Origin: Piromyces finnis finn
Lineage: Eukaryota; Fungi; Neocallimastigomycota
Assembly (NCBI GenBank): GCA_002104945.1
Contig: MCFH01000036.1
Coordinates: forward strand, 124,001-188,000
Length of the DNA: 64,000 bases
Reading direction: 5' to 3'
A program made the position numbers and the translations under genes. The stretch's first letter is position 1. Each line of letters starts with the position of its first letter. The notes below the pieces were generated by a model. That model saw nothing but the letters and a program-made list of their open reading frames with translations. It made no database searches and was not told the origin of the DNA. Of this stretch, positions 1-11,401 are shown one piece after another.

Positions 1-2805
1 CTTTTACATTCCTAGCATTTACTATGTCAAAAGGTAATTCTGTTAATCTCCTTTCAGATAAATTTATTCTTTCACTATCATTATTATATACATATTTTCT
101 ATTGAGTAAATGATCATTAACACTTAATAATCCTAATTTAAGCAAATTTTCTATTTCTTTTGGTAATTTGGTTATTTTATTATTGCATAGATTCAATTTT
201 TTTAATCGGGTTAACCTTCCTATTTCTTTTGGTACTTCTGTTAAAAAATTATATTCAATATTTAATTCAGTTAAACTAATTAAATATTCAATCTCTTTTG
301 GTACTTCTTTTATTAAATTATGTTTAAAATTTATATTGGTTAGTTTACTTAAATATTTTATTTCTTTTGGTACTTCTTTTATTGAATTATTCTCAAAATT
401 TAAATTGGTTAGTTCACGTAAATATTTTATTTCTTTTGGTACTTCTTTTATTAAATTATGCGCAAAATTTAAATTGGTTAGTTCACGTAAATATTTTATT
501 TCTTTTGGTACTTCTTTTATTAAATTATTCTCAAAATTTAAATCGGTTAGTTCACGTAAATATTTTATTTCTTTTGGTATTTCCATTATTTTATTAAAAC
601 TTGAATTTAAACTATTTAAATTGACTAAATATCTTATTTCTTTAGGTAATTCACTTATTTTATTATTACTAATATCTAACCTACTCAAATACAAAAAACT
701 ACGTATAAATAATGGTAACTCTGTTAATTGATTACTACTTATATCCATTTCATTTACATTGCTAGCATTTATCAAGTCAATAGGTAATTTTGTTAATCTT
801 TTACCACGCAGATTTATTTTTTTATCATTAGAATTATAAGTACTTAAACGCGAATCAATAATTAATGATTGCAATTTAGTTAAATTTCCTATTTCTTTTG
901 GTAATATGAATATTATATTATTGATTAGATTTAATTCTTCTAAATTAATTAAATTTCCTATTTCTTTTGGTAATTCACTTATTTTATTTTGACTGAGATT
1001 TAATTTTTTTAAATTGGTTAATTTTCCTATTTCTTTTGGTAATATTGATATATTATTAACACTCAAATATAAATACTCTAAATTTTTTAAATCTCCTATT
1101 TCTTTTGGAATTATTGATATCTTGTTATTTTTAATATTTAAATAGGTTAAATTAATGATATTTCCTATTTCTTTTGGTAATATTGATATATTATTATCAC
1201 TCAAATATAAATACTCTAAATTTTTTAAATCTCCTATTTCTTTTGGTATTTCACTTATATTATTATTATTTAAATTCAATTCTTTTAAAGTGGTTAAATT
1301 TTCTATTTCTTTTAGTATCTCTTTTATCATATTCTTACTTACATTTAATTTTTGCAATTTCGAAAAATTATATATAAATAATGGTAACTCTGTTAATTGA
1401 TTACTACTTATATCTATTTCTTTTACATTTCTAATATTTACTAAGTCCAAAGGTAATTCTGTTAATTCTTTTCTACATAAATTTATTTTTTCACTAGTAA
1501 TGAGATATCCATATTTTCTAATGGATAAATGATCATCAACACTTAATAATTGTAATTTAGATAAATTTCTTACTTCTTTTGGTAATAACTTTATTTTATT
1601 GTTATATAAATCTAATTTTTTTAATTCGGTTAAACTTCCTATTTCTTTCGGAATCATTGATAATCTATTATTTTCGAGATTTAAGTTTTCTAGGCTTTTT
1701 AATTTCCCTATTTCTTTTGGTAATTTTGATATTTTATCATTACTTCCAAGATTTAAAACAGTTAATCTATTCAAATTTGCTATTCTTTTCGGTATTTTTG
1801 ATATACAATTGTGTTTAATATTTAAGTTTGTCAATTTATTTAAATTTTCTATTCCTTTTGGAATGTTAGTTAATTTATTATTTCCAAGATTTAAATCATT
1901 TAATTTATTCAATTTTCTTATTTCTTCTGGTATTTCTAGTATTTGATTATTTGATAAATTTAAATTTTGTAAATTATTTAAATTTCCTATCTCTTTTGGA
2001 ATGGTGCTTAATTCATTGTTGTGAATATTGAAATTTATTAGACTATCTAACTTTCCTATTTCTTTTGGTAACTTTGATATTAAATTATTTCCAAGATTTA
2101 AATCTGTTAATTTTTTCAAGTTTTTTATTTCTATTGGTATTTCTAATATGAAGTTATATTCAAGATTTAAATCTGTTAAATTTGAAAAATTTCCTATTTC
2201 TTTTGGTAGTTCTAACATAAAATTGTATTTACTAACTAAATGTGTCAAGGTATTTAAACTATCTATTTCTTCCGTTAACTTTGATATTAAGCATTCATTA
2301 TCTAATTTCTTCAAACTGTTTAAAATTTCTAAATTTTTTAAAGATTGTTTTATTTGTGAATGACTGCTTTTAACGAACTCTGCACTTTCATTTTCTTTAA
2401 ATAAATTATTAAGGAAACAAAGATCTTTTCTTAAATTTTCTCTTTTATTTTTATCCAAGAAAAGAGTGCATTTTAAAATTCTTACAAGTAATTTATTAAG
2501 ATTTTCGATAGCTAATTTATTTAAAGAAATTTTACTTAGTTCCTTCATAATATGTATTATTTCTTCATCATAATGGTTAACATTACATATTGAATTTATA
2601 TGTTCTGATAAATAATCATTATCATTATTATCATTTATTTCTTTATTATAATGATTAACATTATTGAATTTATATGTTCTGATAAACGATTATTAGCATT
2701 ATTATCTTTTATTTCTTCATCGTAATGATTAACATTACATATTGAATTTATATATTCTAATAAAAAATTATTATCATTATTATCATTTACATTTTCTTTT
2801 ACCAT
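1..2805 (-). CDS. Leucine-rich repeat (L-domain-like) protein; 3' end lies outside the window; 5' end has a frameshift and an in-frame stop (possible pseudogene or internal start)
   Basis: Hand translation gives a stop-free minus-strand frame from 2473 to position 1 with about 30 repeats of the type [23 protein letters not shown]. It is absent from the ORF track because it has no stop in the window. Upstream ATG at 2805 ([10 protein letters not shown]), 4-nt deletion near 2660, in-frame TAA at 2474-2476, first downstream in-frame ATG at 2218. Confidence 0.9.
222..590 (-). repeat. Near-identical 69-bp (23-aa) tandem LRR units within the LRR gene
   Basis: atttcttttggtacttcttttatt-type core at about 222, 291, 360, 429, 498 and 567; peptide [17 protein letters not shown] repeated. 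Confidence 0.9.
2561..2790 (-). repeat. 78-bp (26-aa) tandem repeat x3 in the N-terminus of the LRR gene; middle copy lacks 4 nt
   Basis: Units start at 2561, 2639 and 2713 (periods 78 and 74); peptide [16 protein letters not shown]. Confidence 0.85.
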
Positions 2806-3909
2806 TTTATCAAAGATTAATAATCCAATTCTTCTTTATATTAATTTCTAATATATTTTTATACTTCTTTTTATTCTAATTTTAAACTCCTCTTTTTTCA
2901 ATTTTATTATGTTTATTACTATTTCTTTTGTTTTTTATTTTACACTTTATATAAATATAAAGGATTTCTTTAAATATTTTATTTATTTATATTTTATTTT
3001 TTTTTAATGTTATTTGATCTTTTACTATAATGAAAATTCAATAAATATTATTGGATGAAAAAGATTTCATATTATTATTATTAAAGCCACTTTAATTCTC
3101 ATGACATAATTTTATATAACTTTTTATTATTATTTTGTTTTATATCTTCCAACATTATAAACTTTAATTATTAATATTTAATAATATATAATTAATTTAC
3201 AATTCTAAGAATATTCTTCTAAAATAGTTTAATTAGATTACAAGCCATATTTTATAGAAAAATCATTTATAAATTTTCATTAATTAATTTCTTTTCATTA
3301 ATTATTTTCATATTATTATAAATAAACTTTAATAATGAAATTGATCTACCAATAGCAATAATTGTTAGTATTTATGGTTAATTTTATTTATTAAATGACT
3401 CTTTTTTAACATATATTAATTACATTATTACATTTAATATTTATACTAATTACACTTAACATTTGTATATACATTTATATGCCGCACTATAATATATTTA
3501 CTAATATTAATTATTAATTATCATATTATCGTATTATATAAATATATTTTGTACTAACTATACTATAATTAAACTTTATTTCTAATATTTTATTTATATA
3601 GAAACACTTTTTTTTTTAATTAATATTAATTACATTAATAATATTCCAATACATAATTAATTACATTTATGTACATAATAAGTAATCTACAGAATTATTA
3701 ATTTAATTCTAATAAATATCAATGTTTGAACTATTTTTTTTTTTTTTACTATTCTATTTTCTTTTAATAATGTTGATAAAATATTACTGTTCATAGTAAC
3801 TTTTTTTAATTTTTCTATTTTTATAATATATTTCGGCATTGTTTGTAATTTATTGCCATGAAAATTTAATTTTTACAAAAAATTTGATAAAAACAATGGT
3901 ATTATAAAA

Positions 3910-6130
3910 ATATAAAATAAAATAAAATAAAATATAATAAAATACTTATTAAAGTTTCATAAAAGTTCAATGAACTCTGCAATTTGTACTGTGTGGGATT
4001 GGTTCCTATTTAGTAAATTAAATGAAATAAAAAAGAGAAGTAACATCAGGTATGATAGTGTGGTGTCTACTAAACTCTTCCATGAGCTCATAATGTTTTC
4101 ATTCGAAGAAATACTAACATTGAACCCTTTATATGGAACATTAAGAATGTTCCTTTGCCATATCGGTACAACGTCGGCCCTCTTGATTACGTTAGGCATC
4201 TTACTAAACCTATCAAAAAGTAGCTTCATTGAGCTACTAATGATAGGGATTGTTTTAGTAAGAAAAGCCGCGAGACCCTCTACCTATGGAACATGAGACC
4301 CTGATGAATTGTAAAGCTGTTCCTTCAAATGTCTTTGTTTCGCTTTATCGATTTGTAGCTCATCATAAGCTAAAGTTCCATCAAGAAGGAACGTAAAAAT
4401 ATAGTTATAAATTGTTTTTCTTACTTCCATTTCAGGGAGTAAGTAAGTGATGAATAGATTATTGTATTTATTTTGAAAAAAGGTAAAAAGATTGTCAAGA
4501 AAACAAAGTGAAGAAGTTCTATATTCAAAGAATGCAGGACATTCTATAATCCAATGATAAAAAGATTGTTCATCATGTCCGCAACATGGACAGACACGAG
4601 GGCAGTCAGGTGTAACTCTATTACTGGGGATTCTATTAAAGTTGATAGGTTTAACAACGATAGTTTCACACTTATTTATTCCAAAAGACATTTCATTTAA
4701 ATTAACCTAATCAAGTACTAGATTAAGCATCTTTTGAAGGTTTTTCTCGCTAGGAGCAATCAGAACAATGTCATCAGCAAAAAGGCCACCACAACAACGT
4801 TTATTACCTAAACTAGCACCAAGCCTTTCACATTTATTTAAAATATCGTTGATGAAGAGATTAAATAGAATAGGAGAAAAAGGACATCCTTGTTTTACAC
4901 CACGGTTGATAGGAAACTAATTGGAGAGCATATCCAAGTAACGTACACGAGCTTTTGAGGTAGAATAGAGATTATTGAGAAAATCAAAACATTTACCACC
5001 GTATACCTAATTTATATAGCTTTGTAAGGATATTAAATATAAGAACCGAGTCGTATGCTTTTTTGAGGTCAAGGAAAGCAACATAAGTTGCTTTTCCTTT
5101 AAACTTTCTTTGTCAGATTTCTCTAATGGAAATAAATAAGCTAATACATCCTTCTTTATTACGAAAACCAAATTGCTCAGGTCTGATAAAATTATGAGAA
5201 AGAGAACATATTTTGAGATTCTATCCATTATGATTTTTGAAATGATTTTTAGACCTACATTGATGAGAAAAATGTCACGATAATTAGTACAGTCTGAAAG
5301 AGCATCTTTCTTTGGAATAGAGACAATGGAAACAGAGTTCCATTTCAAAGGAAAGGAACCATTCCAGATTTTATTGAAAATTAATTTAAGACAGTTTCCA
5401 AAAAAACTTATGATTTTTTTCCTAGTTCTTCGTTACAAAAGAAAACTTTGAAGAATCCAATTGGGTGTATCATCGGGACCTGGAGTCTTATTCTTCTTCA
5501 TTGACAGGGCAGTATTTTTAATTTCTTCAATAGAAATGGGTTCATTGATATCCATGCTATTTGATTGAAACGGAAGACTCTTTCCTAATAGTTACGATTT
5601 GAGCTATGATTTGTAACATCAGATGCAAGATTTTCATAATGTTAAGCCCACCATTTTAGTTGTTCTTGTGGAGAAAATAAATCCTTATCATTCTTGTCCT
5701 TAATGGTTGAAAAATGAGAGGACGAATAACTTGGTTTGGCAAGTTTTTTAAGGCCTTTTCAACCTTGTCTAAAACTTTTATCCATAAAGTGTTTACCAAT
5801 GGAGACAATATTTGCTTTATAAAGATTGAATCTGAATTTACTCATAACCTTTTTGATAGTATTACATAAGTTTTTTGTAAATGAAAAACTGATTAAGGTA
5901 ATTTTCCATGGCAGTACAATCGGAGAGAGGCTTTATATTTTTGTAAGCCAAATGTTTTTCATGTGATAAATTTTTGATGTATTGAGGGCAATGGAATGCT
6001 GGACCTTTTAAATCCGTAGGCACAATAGCTTTTTATTTCTTTACCTATAGCTTTGGAAGTATCTAAAAATTTGGAAACCATATCATCAGCCGTAAAGTAG
6101 GCACAATACAATTGATATTGTTCATTTTTA
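3910..6130 (-). mobile_element. Degenerate non-LTR (LINE-like) retrotransposon, copy 1; 5'-truncated and internally deleted
   Basis: Minus-strand RT motifs SIVSIPKK..DCTNYR..LINVGLKIISK, GVKQGCPFSPILFNLFIND and GGLFADD; C-terminal CPCC..H..IEC zinc knuckle (ORF 4284-4691); multiple stops and frameshifts; (TATTT)n-like tail at about 3910-3950. Confidence 0.9.
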
Positions 6131-7299
6131 AAAGAACTTATTATGGAAATATAACTATTAAAAATTGATATTAATATTAATATAGATATAGATATAGATA
6201 TTGATATTGATAAATATTGGATAAAAATAATATAAAATAGTATTAGTAAAAACGGATATATAGATTATTGGGCTATTTGTCAAACAATGTTTTAATTTTA
6301 AAACTTGGAAAAAAATTGACTAAGTTGTTGAAAAGCCTAGTTTTAACTTTACTGAAGACTTTAAATTGGAAATAAATTTATATTCTGTCACTTTGAATTT
6401 CTGAATTTGTAAACTTTATTTTTTTAAATAGATTAATACTGTTTGTTGGTTTACTATTGTGTTATGTTGATTCTGATAGTTGGATTTTAATAATTCATTA
6501 ATGTTAATTTATGTTGAAGGTAGAGCGATAAAAGTGTGAGCAGTTATTATACCATATTGCAAAGGGTAAAAGGATTTAAAGAATTAAAATAAAGAACATA
6601 ATAAAATTTCAAAATACTGAATTTGAAGCAAGAGTAGTATATAATAAAAACTAGAATACTCGATTTTTCAGGATTTAAGCTTTTTTGACAAAATGTTAAT
6701 AGAAAAAAAAAGGAGTTTAATACTTACCATAAAATAATTATACAAATATATAGATATATAGATAATATAAAGAATAAAAAATATATAGAAAAGAGAGAGA
6801 AAAAGTATACAAAAGAAGGTTAGTAGAAAGAGATTCCTTGGAAAACCTAGAATTTCAAAAAAAAAAAAGACCTTACTAGAAATCATAAAAAAAAGTCGCG
6901 CCCCTTGAAAAATAAAAAATAAAAATAGAGAAAAATAAAAAAGATTAAAATATAAAAATGAAGGAATGGTAACCTCACCCCCACAATAAAACTCAAAAAC
7001 CTAATGAAAGGAATTACAAACTAATCAAAATATAAAAATGAAGGAATAAAGGAACAAAAAAATAAGTACAAACTTGATTAACAACTGACTATATAAGCTA
7101 TGAAAAAATAAAAAATAAAATCAAATATATTCTTAAAACAATATTTAATACTACAGAATCAGAAAATTTGATTAGTAAAAAGTAACTAATATTTAGGATT
7201 AGGGTATAACAACTGACACACAGATTACCAACACAAGTCGAAAATTTTTGTTTTTTCTTATCAATGTTTCAGAAAAGACAACCCTCTTTCGCAGTTACG

Positions 7300-7643
7300 C
7301 AAGGCGACCGCTCAGTACCATGAGCTTAGTCCTAATATTTTTTCTTAAAAGACTAAGCATCCATTGCGCAATACTTGGATTTTTTTCTACTCTCTCAGTA
7401 CAATGAGCACGAGTACAGCCCTCTTGAGAAACTTCATTTATTAAATAAATGAAGGCACATTCTAAAGGGAGTTCCCTTGAATTGGAATTAATATTGTTAA
7501 AACTTCTTCCTCCAAGAAGAAACTTAAATATTTTATTGCGTACACTAGAATATAATCATACACATTAATATTCACCTGATTATTAGAACTATTACTATTA
7601 TTAACTAAATTACTATCTAGATTAGAATTATTATCTTTACTAG

Positions 7644-7674
<31 letters not shown>

Positions 7675-10508
7675 CGGCATCAAATATTTTTTTTTAGCTT
7701 TATTATTAATTTAATTAAAATTATAACACATGTTATAAAAAAAATTAAAAATAAAAATAAAAATAAAAAAAATATGTTTAAATAAACACAAATGAATAAA
7801 AATTGGGTATAATGCTTCTTTAATTTTTTATCTAGAGTCCTACTTGATTTACACCACGTATATTTTCTAAATTTAGGAATGTAATTGACAAGGTGTGAGA
7901 TAACACAATTCAAGTTTTTCCATTTGTTAAAACATCTAACTTGGGCTAACGCACATTTGGCTGACAATGGAGGAATATTCAAATCTTTTGAGATAGAGTA
8001 TAAAGATATAAACGATACAGCTTTATGAACTCCGGCAACCCATCGTATTCCTTTGTTAACATGCTTCTGACCAATCCTAGACCTAGCTTTGTTGGATCCA
8101 AGTAATGGTGCAAAATATAAAACTCTGATGATTACTTGTGAGTTAAGTACTAGCTTTTTGAAAGGAATAGGAATATTAGGATTTCTTAAGAATTTACTGA
8201 CTGAAAAAAGTCCTTTCAAAACCTTGTTATTAAGAGTTTTAATAACTGGTTTAAGGGACAAATTCTTATCAAATGAAACACTAAGATAAGTGTAGCAGTC
8301 AGTAGTTTGAATGGGTTGTCCTGCTAAGTAAAATGTTGGATCTCTCTTGTTCTGATTTTCTATTGATTCAGGACGAATCACCATCGTTGAACATTTCTGG
8401 ATACCAAATTCCATTTCATTATACAATGCCCATTCATTAACTCTTCTAAGCATCTTTTTTAAGCATCCTCTTGATGGAGCACAAATAACTATATCATCTG
8501 CAAAAAGTCCACCACAGCATCGAGTGTCACTAAACTAACTCCGAGATCTTCGCACTCTTTAAATATATCATTAATAAAGAGATTAAAAAGAATAGGAGAA
8601 AGTGGGCATCCTTGACGGACTCCTTTCTTCACATCAAAAGATTTCGAGAATTGTCCATCTAATTTGACATTAGCCTTAGATGTTAAATATAAATTTTTGA
8701 TGAATTGTAAACTCTTACCTCGGATTCCTAAACAATCTAATTTATGGAGAATATTACCGATTGGGACTGAATCGTATGCTTTCCTGAGATCTAAAAAGGC
8801 CAACTATGTCTCTTTATTATCATCTACGGCATATTTCTTGGATTGAAATGAAAAGACTGATACTTTCTTCCTTTTTTCGAAAACCAAATTGTTCAGGTCT
8901 AATGAAATTATTCTTTAGACCATATTCTGAGATTCTAGTGGTGACAATTTTGGAAATCAACTTAATACCATTATTGATAAGTGAAATACCTCGGTAGTTA
9001 TCACAATCTGTCAAATCTCCCTTCTTAGGAATAGAAACAATACTGGATTCATTCCACTAGCTGGGGAAATCTCCATCCAAAATACGGTTGAATAATTTAA
9101 GAATAAAATTTAAACCATGAGCATCATTATCTGAAGTGGTATTACCGGAAGAATTATTATCTGTAGCATTATTAGAATCATTACTTGATGGAATTAATGC
9201 TTTGTAAAATTCAATTGGAATACCATCCGGACCTGATGCTTTATAATTTGGAGCAGAGAGGATAGCTGACTTGACTTCATCAATACTAATATTTTGATTG
9301 ATATCCCATTCATAAAGCATAGGGAGTGAAAAACGTTTATTCGTTGGTTCTTCATACCAATGCTCCAAATCAAGACTTACACCACTTGGATCAGATGCAA
9401 GATTTTTGAAATGATCATGCCACACTTCTAGTTGTTCTTCTATAGTAACAACTAATTCTCCATTTTTATTTTTAATTGGTTGAGCAATAAAAAAAGAATC
9501 TTTTCCAATCGAGCATTTGAATCTATTCCAAAGACTAAAAGTATAAATAGAAATAATATACTTTCCAGAGAAGTTTTCAAGTGAGGCTTGGCACGAATTA
9601 TGAAAACCTAAATATAAACCTCTCATTTCAGGAACTGATTCGTCAGCTTTCTTGAAAAAGTGTCTATAGTTTCGTAAAGTAACACGACAAGGATAATCTG
9701 TATTCGATCCAGAACCATTACCAGTTTCTTGGAAGCATAAAAATAATATCTATCTCACTTTTCATGATTCCACCCATTGGTGTTTCAATTAAGACAAAAA
9801 ACAAAAGTTATCAGGCTTGTTGGATGAGGAAGAATCGTTGCTATTATTATTATTATTAAAGTCATCGTTATTAATGGATGATGCATCAGAGGAATAAGTG
9901 GAACTATTACTAGATGGCTGTGAAACTGAAGAACTATCAGAGTTGATAGAGCTATTAGAATTAATTGTTGAATGTTGAGATTGAAATTGTGTTTGCTGTA
10001 GATCTGGAATATTTTCATGATGGGAAACTTGTTGAAGATCTTGTTGAAGATCTTGTTGAAGATCTTGTTGAAGATCGGATTGTTGATGAGATTGTTGAAC
10101 TGATTGTTGAAATGATTGTTGAATAGAATGTTGATGTTTATTAGAAACTAAAATTTTACGTTTGAGTGTGGAAAAAGTGTATTTGTGATTCCTTCTACTA
10201 CGAGCTGAAAAGGAAATTGAGGTAACTGAAAGTTTCTTCTTTAACATGTGTAAGATTTTAATACAATCTTTCGATGAACCATGAACCTTGACTAAGAAAA
10301 AGTGATCATTGAAAGTCTGAAAATATTTAACACTAATAACTGAATTAAATTTATCTTCTAGAATAACCTCGAGTTTTTCCCATAGCATATTTACTGACCA
10401 TGATCGAATACCACGGATAAAGAAGGAGCGAATATCATCTAAGGGGATACCATAAGACCGGGTACCACGTCTGATATAATTCTTATCTTTAATATAAAGG
10501 ACTGACAT
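7300..10508 (-). mobile_element. Degenerate non-LTR (LINE-like) retrotransposon, copy 2, with N-terminal domain, APE remnant and RT
   Basis: ORF 9789-10508 runs into AP-endonuclease motifs (frameshifted FLS-WNTNG, then LCFQETG). RT motifs FLDLRKAYDSVP, GVRQGCPLSPILFNLFIND and GGLFADD in 8450-9626; post-RT region in ORF 7680-8453; C-terminal FKFLLGGR motif at about 7500-7530. Clade not assigned. Confidence 0.92.
7309..7470 (-). repeat. Hairpin-rich ~160-bp repeat at the 3' side of LINE copy 2
   Basis: Aligns by eye with 11107-11277: cgctcagtaccatgagcttagtcctaat...aagcatccattgcgcaat...tctactctctcagtac...ttgagaaa...atttattaaataaatgaaggcacatt. Confidence 0.9.
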
Positions 10509-11106
10509 GATAATAAATTCTAATTAAAAAATATTGAATATAAAATAAATACTAATAAAAATTATAAATATAACGTATATGGAAAAAATCTGTCTCTCTC
10601 TCTCTTCTTAAAAGTACTGGATAGTACAAAAATTGTTACGATGCTTTGTTTAAAGTTTCTTTTTTTTTGAATTCTAGTTGTAAATTTTCTTTAAAAATTC
10701 TAGTTTTGGTTTGTTGTTAGTAAATTCGATTCGTTTTTTGACACTAAACTTGTTTGACTTTACTTTTCATTAAATATTTAAATTGGTAAAAAAATTTGAA
10801 TCAAGAATGTCGACACCAGAAAGCTTGTGAATAGTATTTTTACATGATGTAGAGTGAATCAGTCTCTTACAAGAAACAATACAACAATAGCTACATGAAT
10901 ATAAAAATACAATGCAAATGCTAAAGTTGACTACATTGGATTCTTACAAGAGAAGAGTAGTACTACATGAATACATGAATAAAAGAAAAAATACAGCAAC
11001 AAAATGTATTACTCTTCTAATTAAATACTATACAAACTTACCTGAAAAATCAAACATTCACTTATTCATCAAATACTTAAATTTGATGAATAAAATGTTT
11101 TTTAAT

Positions 11107-11401
11107 CGCTCAGTACCATGAGCTTAGTCCTAATAATTTTCCCTTGAAGACTAACCAAGCATCCATTGCGCAATGCTTGGATTTAATTCTTTCTACTCTC
11201 TCAGTACCATGAGCATGAGTAGACCCCCTTGAGAAATTACATTTATTAAATAAATGAAGGCACATTCCTAAGAGGGCACCAAGCATCCATTGCGCAATAC
11301 TTGGATTTAATTCTTTCTACTCTCTCAGTACCATGAGCATGAGTAGACCCCCTTGAGAAACTACATTTATTAAATAAATGAAGGCACGTTCCCAAGAGGG
11401 A
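11107..11401 (-). repeat. Same hairpin-rich repeat upstream of LINE copy 2, with a 124-bp internal tandem duplication
   Basis: ccaagcatccattgcgcaat starts at 11155 and at 11279 (period 124); the units differ at only a few positions. Confidence 0.92.

Noticed and set aside
168-2363. Plus-strand ORFs (168-731, 367-597, 1155-1400, 1599-1946, 2028-2363 and others)
   Set aside because: Antisense shadows of the periodic minus-strand LRR frame.
11300-11330. Hammerhead-like CTGAGAG...GAAA on the minus strand
   Set aside because: Does not match the CUGANGA core, and no stem I/III arrangement could be built; kept only as a generic structured-RNA candidate.
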